A stretch of DNA of 63,904 nucleotides, filler included, from Caldilineae bacterium (GTDB taxonomy: Bacteria > Chloroflexota > Anaerolineae > DTLA01), in NCBI GenBank assembly GCA_037446815.1. It is 6 parts of 6 records of this genome, joined end to end, with 100 filler letters (N's around TTAATTAATTAA, not from the genome) between each part and the next. Parts side by side here need not be neighbours in the genome. Positions count along the whole stretch, not along the records: positions 12,311 to 24,484 come from JBBIHX010000080.1; positions 24,585 to 36,696 come from JBBIHX010000081.1; 4 more parts are not named here. One strand, 5' to 3'. Under the pieces are notes generated by a model. The model had not been told where the DNA came from and made no database searches. It worked only from the letters and a program-made list of their open reading frames with translations. This document shows, piece by piece, positions 17,935 to 26,120 of the stretch. Numbering within the stretch: position 1 is the stretch's first letter; each line of letters begins with the position of its first letter. The position numbers and the translations under genes were made by a program.

Positions 17935-20412
17935 ATGATGCGATTTGATCGGTTTACAGAGCGCGCGCAGGATGCAGCCATGCGCGCCTACGAGATTCTG
18001 CAGCGCTACGGCCACACGCAGGTGGATACCGAGCACCTGCTCCTGGCGCTGATAGAGCAGCCAGGGGGCGTCATTCCGCAAATCCTGGACAAACTGGGCG
18101 TGGACGCCGACGCGCTGAAGCAGCGCCTGGAGGCCGCGTTGCGCGCCACGCCCCGCAGCGCGGGGTTCGGCAGCACCATGGCCGGCCAGATGTTCATCAC
18201 GCCGCGCCTCAAGCATGTGGTGGACACCGCCAACGAAGAAGCCAATCGCCTGAAGGATGACTACATCTCCACCGAGCACCTGTTCCTCGCCATTCTCGCC
18301 GAGCGGGGGGCGCCCGCCTCCCGCTTGCTGGAGGAGATGGGGGTTTCGCGGGATCGGGTCATGGAGGCCATTGAGCAGGTGCGGGGCGGGCAGCGCGTTA
18401 CATCCCCCCAGGCCGAGACCCGCTACCGGACGCTGGAGCGGTACACGCGCGACCTGACCCAACTGGCCCGCGAAGGCAAACTGGACCCCGTCATCGGCCG
18501 GGACAAGGAGATCATGCGGGTCATGCAGATCCTGTCGCGCCGCACCAAGAACAACCCCGTGCTCATCGGCGAGGCGGGCGTGGGCAAGACCGCCATCGTG
18601 GAGGGCCTGGCGCAGAAGATCGTGCAGGACGACGTGCCCGAAATCCTCATGGGCAAGCGCGTCCTCGCCCTGGACCTGGGCGCGATGGTGGCGGGCACGC
18701 GCTTCCGCGGCGAGTTTGAGGAGCGGCTGAAGACGGCCATAGAGGAGATTCAGCGCGCCCAGGGCGAGATCATCCTCTTCATTGACGAACTGCACACCGT
18801 GGTCGGGGCAGGGGCCGCCATGGGCGCCATGGACGCGTCCAACATGCTGAAACCTGCCCTGGCCAGGGGCGAACTCCAGTGCGTGGGCGCTACGACGCTG
18901 GATGAGTACCGCCGCTACATTGAGAAAGACGCCGCCCTGGAGCGCCGCTTCGCGCCGGTGTACGTGGACGAGCCGTCGGTGGAGGAGACCATCCAGATGC
19001 TGCGGGGCGTGCGCGACCGCTACGAGGCGCATCACAAGGTGCGCTTCTCCGACGAGGCCCTGGTCGCGGCGGCGCGCCTGTCCAAACGCTACGTAACCGA
19101 CCGTCACCTGCCCGACAAGGCCATTGACCTCATAGACGAGGCGGCATCCAAGTTGCGCATGGCGATTCACAGCATGCCCGCCGAACTCAAGGAGAAGCGC
19201 GCCGCCATCCACAAACTGGCGGCGGAAGAGGAAGCGGCCTGGCAGCGGCGGGACTACGAGAAGGCCGCCGTCCATCGCGCCGAACGCCTGCGGCTGGAAC
19301 AGGAGTTTAACGCGGCCCGCGAAGCCTGGCAGCGCGAGAAGAACATTGACGAAGTGGTGGACGTGCAGGACATCGCCGAGGTGGTGGCCACCTGGACCGG
19401 CATCCCCGTTACGGCGCTCCTGGAGACCGAGGCCGAGCGCCTCGTCCACATGGAGGAGCGCCTCCACGAGCGCATCGTGGGCCAGGATGAGGCCATCCGC
19501 GCCGTGTCCAACGCCATTCGGCGGGCGCGGTCCGGCCTGAAAGACCCCCGCCGCCCCATCGGCTCGTTCATCTTCCTCGGCTCGTCGGGCGTCGGCAAGA
19601 CTGAATTGGCCAAGGCGCTGGCCTGGTTCCTGTTTGACGACGAAGAGGCCCTCGTCCGCGTGGACATGAGCGAATACCGCGAGCGGCACACCGTCTCCCG
19701 CCTCATCGGCGCGCCGCCCGGCTATGTGGGCTACGAGGAGGGCGGACAACTGACCGAAGCCGTCCGCCGCAGGCCCTACCAGGTGGTGCTCTTTGACGAG
19801 ATAGAGAAGGCCCACCCCGAGGTCTGGAACGCCCTGCTGCAAATCCTGGAGGATGGCCGCTTGACCGATGGCCAGGGCCACACGGTGGACTTCCGCAATA
19901 CGGTGGTCATCATGACCTCCAACATCGGCACGCAGTACACGCGCAAGGGCGGCACCCTGGGCTTCCGCGCGGGCGATGCGCGGGACGCCGAGGAGCGCGC
20001 CGCGCATGAGGCCATTGAGCGCGGCCTGCGCGAGACCTTCCGCCCCGAGTTTCTGAACCGCGTGGACGAGATTATCATCTTCCACACCCTGACTCTGGAC
20101 CAGGTCAAGCAGATCGTTGACCTCCAAATGCGGGAGATCCGCGAGCGGCTGCGGGAGCAGGGCGTGGAGGTGGAACTGACCGAAGCTGCACGCGACTGGC
20201 TTGCGCGGGAGGGCTACGACCCCAACTTCGGCGCGCGCCCACTGCGCCGCGCGCTGCAGAAGCATGTGGAGAACGCCCTCGCCTTGCGCCTGCTGAGCGG
20301 CGAGTTCCATGAAGGCGATGTCATCATCGTGGACGCGGCGGACGCGGGCATCCGCTTCTACCGCAAGCAGAGCGTGGAACTGCCGTCCGATTCCGTCGCC
20401 GCGACTTCGTGA
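17935..20412 (+). CDS. clpC: ATP-dependent Clp protease ATPase subunit (ClpC/ClpB family)
   Basis: Clp N repeats, [14 protein letters not shown], short coiled-coil middle domain, [21 protein letters not shown] loop, GARPLRR. Confidence 0.85.
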   Translation: MMRFDRFTERAQDAAMRAYEILQRYGHTQVDTEHLLLALIEQPGGVIPQILDKLGVDADALKQRLEAALRATPRSAGFGSTMAGQMFITPRLKHVVDTANEEANRLKDDYISTEHLFLAILAERGAPASRLLEEMGVSRDRVMEAIEQVRGGQRVTSPQAETRYRTLERYTRDLTQLAREGKLDPVIGRDKEIMRVMQILSRRTKNNPVLIGEAGVGKTAIVEGLAQKIVQDDVPEILMGKRVLALDLGAMVAGTRFRGEFEERLKTAIEEIQRAQGEIILFIDELHTVVGAGAAMGAMDASNMLKPALARGELQCVGATTLDEYRRYIEKDAALERRFAPVYVDEPSVEETIQMLRGVRDRYEAHHKVRFSDEALVAAARLSKRYVTDRHLPDKAIDLIDEAASKLRMAIHSMPAELKEKRAAIHKLAAEEEAAWQRRDYEKAAVHRAERLRLEQEFNAAREAWQREKNIDEVVDVQDIAEVVATWTGIPVTALLETEAERLVHMEERLHERIVGQDEAIRAVSNAIRRARSGLKDPRRPIGSFIFLGSSGVGKTELAKALAWFLFDDEEALVRVDMSEYRERHTVSRLIGAPPGYVGYEEGGQLTEAVRRRPYQVVLFDEIEKAHPEVWNALLQILEDGRLTDGQGHTVDFRNTVVIMTSNIGTQYTRKGGTLGFRAGDARDAEERAAHEAIERGLRETFRPEFLNRVDEIIIFHTLTLDQVKQIVDLQMREIRERLREQGVEVELTEAARDWLAREGYDPNFGARPLRRALQKHVENALALRLLSGEFHEGDVIIVDAADAGIRFYRKQSVELPSDSVAATS

Positions 20413-20422
20413 GCGGGCGTGC

Positions 20423-21505
20423 ATGGCCGAGGGCGCGAACGACATCGTGCAACTGGACGGCTCCCACGGCGAGGGGGGAGGCCAAATTCTGCGCACGGCC
20501 CTGTCGCTGGCCGTGGCGCTGGGGCGACCCTTCCGCATCAGCAGGATTCGGGCAGGACGGGCCAAACCGGGCCTGCGCCCGCAGCATCTGGTTGCCGTGC
20601 GGGCCGCGGCGGCCATCTCCGGCGCGACGGTGGAGGGAGACCACATCGGCTCGCAGGACCTGCTGTTTGCGCCAGGGCACAAGCCCCGCGCGGGCGAATT
20701 CACCTTTGACGTGGGCGCGACGGAGGCCGGGGGAAGCGCCGGGGCCGTGTCGTTGGTGTTCCAGGCGCTCTTCCTGCCCCTTTCGCTGGCCGAGGGGGCG
20801 TGTCGCCTGACGCTGGTGGGCGGGACTCACGTTCCGTGGAGCCCGCCGTTCCACTACCTGGCGCACGTGTACCTGCCGGCGGTGGCCGCGCTGGGGTATG
20901 AGGCCGACCTGGCGCTGGAACGCTGGGGCTGGTACCCGAAGGGCGGCGGGGTTGTGCGGGCGGAGGTTCGGCCCCGCGCACGCAACGCCGCGCAGCCCGT
21001 GGACTGGACACGGCGAGGGCGCATCGTCCGCGTGTGGGGCATCAGCGCCGCGTCCAACCTGCCCGAACACATCGTCCAGCGGCAGAAGGCGCAGGCGGTG
21101 GAGACGCTGCGAAAGGCCGGCCTTCGCGCCGCGATAGAGGAGGTGGAAGGGCCGGCGGCGGGCTTCGGCACCGTGGTTTTCCTCGTCGCCCAGTACGAGC
21201 GCGGCATCGGCGGGTTCACAGCCTACGGGGCGCTGCGGAAACCGGCGGAGCGCGTCGCCGAGGAGGCTGCCCGCGACCTGGTGCGGTTTCACCAGACGAG
21301 GGCCGCTGTGGACGCGCACCTGGCCGACCAGTTGCTGTTGCCTGCGGTCATGGCTGGCGAAGACGTGGCGTTCACCACGCCGGAGGCCACCGAGCACCTG
21401 CGCGCCAACGCCTGGGTCATAGAGCAGTTTCTCGGCCCGCGGGTGGCGATTGAACCTCACGCGACCGGCGCGCTGGTTCGCGTGCGCGGCGCCGCGCGAG
21501 GCTAA
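20423..21505 (+). CDS. rtcA: RNA 3'-terminal phosphate cyclase
   Basis: DGSHGEGGGQILR, PGLRPQHL, GGTHVPWSPP, GWYPKGGG, VDAHLADQL, catalytic-position His in TEHLRAN. Confidence 0.93.
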   Translation: MAEGANDIVQLDGSHGEGGGQILRTALSLAVALGRPFRISRIRAGRAKPGLRPQHLVAVRAAAAISGATVEGDHIGSQDLLFAPGHKPRAGEFTFDVGATEAGGSAGAVSLVFQALFLPLSLAEGACRLTLVGGTHVPWSPPFHYLAHVYLPAVAALGYEADLALERWGWYPKGGGVVRAEVRPRARNAAQPVDWTRRGRIVRVWGISAASNLPEHIVQRQKAQAVETLRKAGLRAAIEEVEGPAAGFGTVVFLVAQYERGIGGFTAYGALRKPAERVAEEAARDLVRFHQTRAAVDAHLADQLLLPAVMAGEDVAFTTPEATEHLRANAWVIEQFLGPRVAIEPHATGALVRVRGAARG

Positions 21506-21845
21506 AGCCCCCGCGCCGAGGGTGTGGAGCATCCCCGGTTCCCTCGCCCGCTGGGAGAGGGTTAGGGTGAGGGGCGAGATTCTTCGCCCTGCGCCGCTCA
21601 GAATGACGGTTGTGGGGGCGTGGCGGCGCGGGGCTAAAGCCCCCGCGCTGAGGGTGTGGAGCACCCCCGGTTCCCTCGCCCGCCGGGCGGGAGAGGGTTA
21701 GGGTGCGGCCGCGCGGGGCTGAAGCCGCCGCGCTGAGGGTGTGGAGCAAATTGGCAATTTGCTCCACGGGCGCAGGGCCAAACCGCTGCGCTTGGCGGTT
21801 CCGCTGCTGTCATTCTGAGGCGCGAAGCGCCGAAGAATCTCACGT
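21500..21845. repeat. Cluster of REP-like units
   Basis: Three GGCTRAAGCCnCCGCGCYGAGGGTGTGGAGCA units, two CCCTCGCCCG..GGGAGAGGGTTAGGGTG units, two family-B half sites. Confidence 0.8.
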
Positions 21846-21931
21846 CGGCGGGCGCTCCTCACCCCGCGCCTGCGGCCTGGCAACGAGGGGGCGGGGTCGG
21901 CCGAGAGCACGAACACTCATACGGAGACGAC

Positions 21932-22897
21932 ATGTTTGAACTCATCTTCCTGGGAACGTCAGCGTCTGCGCCATCGCTCAAGCGGGGCCTCTCCTCGGCC
22001 ATGGTACTCCACAAGGAGTACCGCTTCCTGATAGACTGCGGCGAGGGCACCCAGCGGCAACTGCTCAAGAGCGGCCTGGGCTTCAAGCGCATGGATCGCA
22101 TCCTGATCACCCACGGGCATCTGGATCACATCCTCGGCCTGGGCGGGCTCATGTCCACCTTCGCCCGGTGGGAGTCCATAGACCGCGTGGAGATTCTGGG
22201 CGGGGCGTGGGCGCTGGAGCGGGTGCGCGCGCTGATGAACGTGGTCTTCGGCGAAGGCATCCCGCCCATTGACATCGTGTACACGGAACTTGAGCCCGGC
22301 ATCGTGCTGCAAGATGACTCCTTCGCGCTCATTGCCTTTCCCGTGCAGCACCGAGGGCCCGGGTGTTTCGGCTTCACATTCTACGAGAAGGAGAAGCGAC
22401 CGTTCCTGGTGGACCGCGCCGAGGCGCTGGGCGTTCCCGCAGGCCCGGAGCGGGCGCGGCTGGTGCGCGGCGAAGCGGTGCGCCTATCCGACGGGCGCAT
22501 CGTTACCCCCGACGACGTGTTGGGCGACCCCATCGGCGGGGCCAAACTGGTCTTCGTCGGCGACGCGGGCAGCACCGAGGGGCTGGCGAGCGTGGCCCGG
22601 CACGCCGACGCGCTGGTGATTGAGGCCACCTACACCGAGGAAGAGGCCGACATGGCGCGCAAGTTCGGCCACCTCACGGCGGCGCAGGCGGCGCGCCTGG
22701 CCGCGGAGGCCAACGTGCGCCTGCTCATCCTCACCCACATCTCGCGGCGCTACTCGGAGCGGCAGATACTGGACGAGGCCGCGCGCATCTTCCCCAACAC
22801 GGTTGTGGCCAACGACTTTGACGCGTTCCGCATCGTCAAGCGGGAGGTGCAAATCCGGTCGGGCGAGCCAGGAGCCGAAGCGCGCGCTACGGGCTGA
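21932..22897 (+). CDS. rnz: Ribonuclease Z (short form)
   Basis: FLGTSAS, DCGEGTQ, THGHLDH (HxHxDH), GP-rich exosite GVPAGP, EATY, GHLT, LTHISRRY. Confidence 0.93.
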   Translation: MFELIFLGTSASAPSLKRGLSSAMVLHKEYRFLIDCGEGTQRQLLKSGLGFKRMDRILITHGHLDHILGLGGLMSTFARWESIDRVEILGGAWALERVRALMNVVFGEGIPPIDIVYTELEPGIVLQDDSFALIAFPVQHRGPGCFGFTFYEKEKRPFLVDRAEALGVPAGPERARLVRGEAVRLSDGRIVTPDDVLGDPIGGAKLVFVGDAGSTEGLASVARHADALVIEATYTEEEADMARKFGHLTAAQAARLAAEANVRLLILTHISRRYSERQILDEAARIFPNTVVANDFDAFRIVKREVQIRSGEPGAEARATG

Positions 22898-24191
22898 CCC
22901 TGCGCCACACGAGCACGCCCAGCGCCGCCAGAATCAGCGCCGCCGATGAGCATATCGGCGTGGACGATGGTTCCTCCTGCGGGCGCGGGGTCGGCAGGAC
23001 AGGCGGCGTGGTGGGCGCGGGCGTGGGCTGCGGGGGCGCGCCGATGGCTTCCCGCCAGCGTGCGTCCAGTTCGTCAACCCCGAAGCCGTACACTTCCCGC
23101 AGCGCGTCCTCCTGGTACACGCCCTTCTTGAACGTGCGCAGGAGCAGGTCCATCTTGTCGGTGCCGTAGGTGTCTATGAGATACTTCACCACGGAGTAGC
23201 ACTCGCCGTAGAACAGGTCCACCTGCGTCGGGTCGCCGGTGTAGGCCGACAGCGACCGCACTGAGATGAGCGTGTTGGTGCGAATCGCGCGGTCCAGGTC
23301 TGCCTGATTCTCGCCGCGCAGGTCCCCCTCGGCGTACATGGCCAGGCCTTCGTCCAGCCACGTGGGCAGGCCGCCCAGCGGGTTGTCGGTGTACGCGCCG
23401 ATGACGATGTGGCTCAACTCGTGGGCGATGGTGCGGTCGGCGTCGGCGGCCGTGGACAGGATGACGATGGTATCCCCGCCCATGGCCATGCCCAGGGTGA
23501 TGGTGGCGATGTCGTACCCCTCGCTGCGCGACGAGATGGCGAGGCTCATGTCGGACTTGCTGCGGTACAGGAACACGCGGATGGGCTTCTGGAGTTCCAC
23601 GCCTGTGCCCGCCTGAAGCCGTTCCAGGGCTGCTTTCGCACCGGCCATGATCTTATCGGCCTCGCGTTGGCTGTCGCCGTACCAATGGAAGATGAGGTTG
23701 CCTTCCTGCTGCTGCTTCCAGTTGAAGCGATTGTCCGCGTAGGTTACGGTTGCCTGCTCCGTCTCCAGAACCCGCCCGTCGGCAAGTTCTGCCCGCCACC
23801 AGTATGTGATGACCCGGCCGGGAGGGATGTCGCCGGGCGTCAGTTCCCACGTCCACTCGGCGTTGATGCGCGTGCCCGTATCCTCCAGGTTGACGCGGTT
23901 GCGGGCGCGCTCGCCCTCCAGTTGGTAGAACAGGTGCAGCGCCTGCACGGGCGAATCCGTCTGCGCCTGGAGGGCGAAGGTGATGGCCGCGCCGAATTCC
24001 GCCCGGGCGCTGAGGCGGCTACCCGGCCACGGCTCCTGCGCCTGCGCCGTCGCTGCTAGGACGATGGCCAGGAGCAGAAGGGCGACGGCGAGGAGGCTAA
24101 CCCTTCCCGCCCTTGCCCACGGTGTCCAGCGAGACCTTTGTGATGTCCAGTCGCTCAGGGGGCGTGTCAATGTGCTTGTCTCCTTCATCAA
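22887..24191 (-). CDS. Secreted gluzincin (peptidase MA-like) metallopeptidase with C-terminal membrane anchor; start uncertain
   Basis: Signal-like hydrophobic stretch, HELSH...WLDEGLA, Pro/Thr linker, C-terminal Cys-TM-RR. Confidence 0.75.
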   Translation of the reverse strand: MMKETSTLTRPLSDWTSQRSRWTPWARAGRVSLLAVALLLLAIVLAATAQAQEPWPGSRLSARAEFGAAITFALQAQTDSPVQALHLFYQLEGERARNRVNLEDTGTRINAEWTWELTPGDIPPGRVITYWWRAELADGRVLETEQATVTYADNRFNWKQQQEGNLIFHWYGDSQREADKIMAGAKAALERLQAGTGVELQKPIRVFLYRSKSDMSLAISSRSEGYDIATITLGMAMGGDTIVILSTAADADRTIAHELSHIVIGAYTDNPLGGLPTWLDEGLAMYAEGDLRGENQADLDRAIRTNTLISVRSLSAYTGDPTQVDLFYGECYSVVKYLIDTYGTDKMDLLLRTFKKGVYQEDALREVYGFGVDELDARWREAIGAPPQPTPAPTTPPVLPTPRPQEEPSSTPICSSAALILAALGVLVWRRVSP

Positions 24192-24339
24192 TCATCATGA
24201 CGGGGATGTTGTCCACAATGGGGTACTTTCGGCGACAGTCGGGGTTGGGGCACACCAGCCACGCGTCGCCGAACAGTGTTACCTTCGTGCGGCAGTGTGG
24301 GCAAACGAGAATGTCCAACAACTCGGAATCCACAGGCAT
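24097..24339 (-). CDS. Trm112/YcaR-family protein
   Basis: LLDILVCPHC...LVC...C..KYPIVDNIPVM; GGAG RBS. Confidence 0.85.
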   Translation of the reverse strand: MPVDSELLDILVCPHCRTKVTLFGDAWLVCPNPDCRRKYPIVDNIPVMMIDEGDKHIDTPPERLDITKVSLDTVGKGGKG

Positions 24340-24402
24340 CTCCACTCGCTCCGGAACCAAGTATCGCTATCTTCGCAATTCTGCGTAATGTTGCCATGCC
24401 TT

Positions 24403-24448
24403 GTAGGCGCAGGTCTTGTAGGGGCAGGTCTCAGACCTGCCCCTACAG
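24403..24448. repeat. GTAG-type REP-like palindrome
   Basis: TGTAGGGGCAGGTCT-c-AGACCTGCCCCTACA with a partial upstream copy. Confidence 0.7.
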
Positions 24449-24484
24449 GGCCCTGTGCCTTTCTGCGGTGCAAGGCCATTATAT

Positions 24485-24584
24485 NNNNNNNNNNNNNNNN
24501 NNNNNNNNNNNNNNNNNNNNNNNNNNNNTTAATTAATTAANNNNNNNNNNNNNNNNNNNNNNNNNNNNNNNNNNNNNNNNNNNN
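24485..24584. other. Artificial contig linker
   Basis: N44-TTAATTAATTAA-N44. Confidence 0.98.
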
Positions 24585-24687
24585 CAGAAGATCACGGGGC
24601 AGAAGCGCCTGCTGGACGAGTGAGGCAGCAGCGGGGGCGGAGTCGGGTTCGTCTTGCGTGGTCAGCCCGCGCGTTGCCTCTCCCTAT

Positions 24688-24756
24688 GTCATGCTGAGCC
24701 GAACGCGAAGCCTGTCGGTTACCGAGATTCTTCGCGGCTTCGCCGCTCAGAATGAC
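24688..24756. repeat. Family-B REP-like palindrome (inverted)
   Basis: GTCATGCTGAGCCGAA...GAGATTCTTCGCGGCTTCGCCGCTCAGAATGAC. Confidence 0.8.
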
Positions 24757-24880
24757 AGTTCGCACATTTTTGGTCATCGGTGGCCAAGTGCGTATAATGC
24801 AGCCTTGTGCCCGGCGGGTCTCCGGACGTCGCCGGGCTGATTTCTGGGCGCTATCCGCCTGCAACGAGGCTGCGAGCAGT

Positions 24881-26107
24881 ATGGGAATCGCGAACACCGT
24901 GTATCTGGCTATCATCGTGCTTGCGCTCGGGGGCGTAGCCGTGGGGCGCTACCCGTGGCTGCGCATGAACCGCGCAACCATCGCGCTGGTGGGCGCGGTT
25001 GTCCTCATCGCGTTTGGGGCGATGTCCCTGGACGAGGCCTACGCGATGCTGGACATGAACACGTTGGCTCTCTTGTTCGGAGTCATGATTCTCAATGTCA
25101 ACCTGATGCTGGCGGGGTTCTTCCGTCTGGTGGGGAGTCTCGTGGTGCGGGTGGCACGGTCGCCACGGCAGTTGCTGGCCATCATCATCGGCGTGTCGGG
25201 AGTGCTGTCGGCGCTATTCCTCAACGATACGATCGTCCTGATGTTCACGCCGCTTGTGCTGGGCATCACCCAGGGCCTGCGGCGCAATCCGATTCCGTAC
25301 CTCATCGGCCTGGCGACGGCGGCGAATATCGGGTCGGTGGCGACGATCACCGGCAATCCCCAGAACATGATCATCGGCGTGGCGTCGGGCATACCGTACC
25401 TGCGGTTTGCCGGCTACCTGACACCGGTTGCGCTGTTGGGCATGGCGGCGGCCTGGGCGATTCTGGTGATGGTGTACCGTGAGGAGTTCCGCGACCGGAC
25501 GCTGCCGCCGGATGGCAACGGGCCTGTGGAGTTCTACCGGCCTCTGTTGGTGAAGGGGCTGGTGGCGACGGGCGTGATGGTGGTTGGCCTGGCCGCGGGC
25601 GCGCCGATTCCCCTGGCGGCGTTGCTGGCGGCGGCGCTGCTGCTCATCACGCGGCGGGTGGAACCGCAGCGGGTTTTCGGCGAGGTGGACTGGGCGCTGC
25701 TGGTGTTTTTCTCGGGCTTGTTCATGATCACGGGCGCGTTAGAGAAGATAGGCGTGGCAGAGCGGCTGTTCGCTGTGGCACGACCTCTGGCGGAGGCGGG
25801 GGGCGCGTCGCTGGCGGCGGTGGGCGTGGTGCTGAGCAACCTGGTGTCCAACGTCCCGGCGGTGCTCCTGTTCCGGCCCATCGTCCCGCAGTTCGCCGAC
25901 CCGCAGGCGGCGTGGCTTACCCTGGCCATGTCCACGACGCTGGCCGGCAACCTGACGCTCCTGGGGTCGGTGGCGAACCTCATCATGGCGGAGATGGCGC
26001 GCGAGCGGGGCGTGCACGTTTCGTTCGGGGAGTATCTGAAGGCAGGCGTGCCCATCACCCTGGCGACGCTGACGATTGGCGTCGTGTGGCTGGGGGTGGT
26101 GGGGTAG
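24881..26107 (+). CDS. ArsB/NhaD/SLC13-superfamily anion permease
   Basis: Many TM helices; SALFLNDT, ANIGSVATITGNPQN, SNLVSNVPA, STTLAGNLTLLGSVAN. Confidence 0.88.
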   Translation: MGIANTVYLAIIVLALGGVAVGRYPWLRMNRATIALVGAVVLIAFGAMSLDEAYAMLDMNTLALLFGVMILNVNLMLAGFFRLVGSLVVRVARSPRQLLAIIIGVSGVLSALFLNDTIVLMFTPLVLGITQGLRRNPIPYLIGLATAANIGSVATITGNPQNMIIGVASGIPYLRFAGYLTPVALLGMAAAWAILVMVYREEFRDRTLPPDGNGPVEFYRPLLVKGLVATGVMVVGLAAGAPIPLAALLAAALLLITRRVEPQRVFGEVDWALLVFFSGLFMITGALEKIGVAERLFAVARPLAEAGGASLAAVGVVLSNLVSNVPAVLLFRPIVPQFADPQAAWLTLAMSTTLAGNLTLLGSVANLIMAEMARERGVHVSFGEYLKAGVPITLATLTIGVVWLGVVG

Positions 26108-26120
26108 GGGTGCCTGCGCC

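Noticed and set aside
17416..20703. 1095-aa minus-strand ORF and other long antisense ORFs (3244-4905, 39905-41719, 49060-51240, 56640-58496)
   Set aside because: Shadow frames of well-supported genes in high-GC DNA; no recognisable motifs
24881..26107. Arsenite pump of an ars operon
   Set aside because: Only superfamily-level similarity; no arsR or arsC nearby
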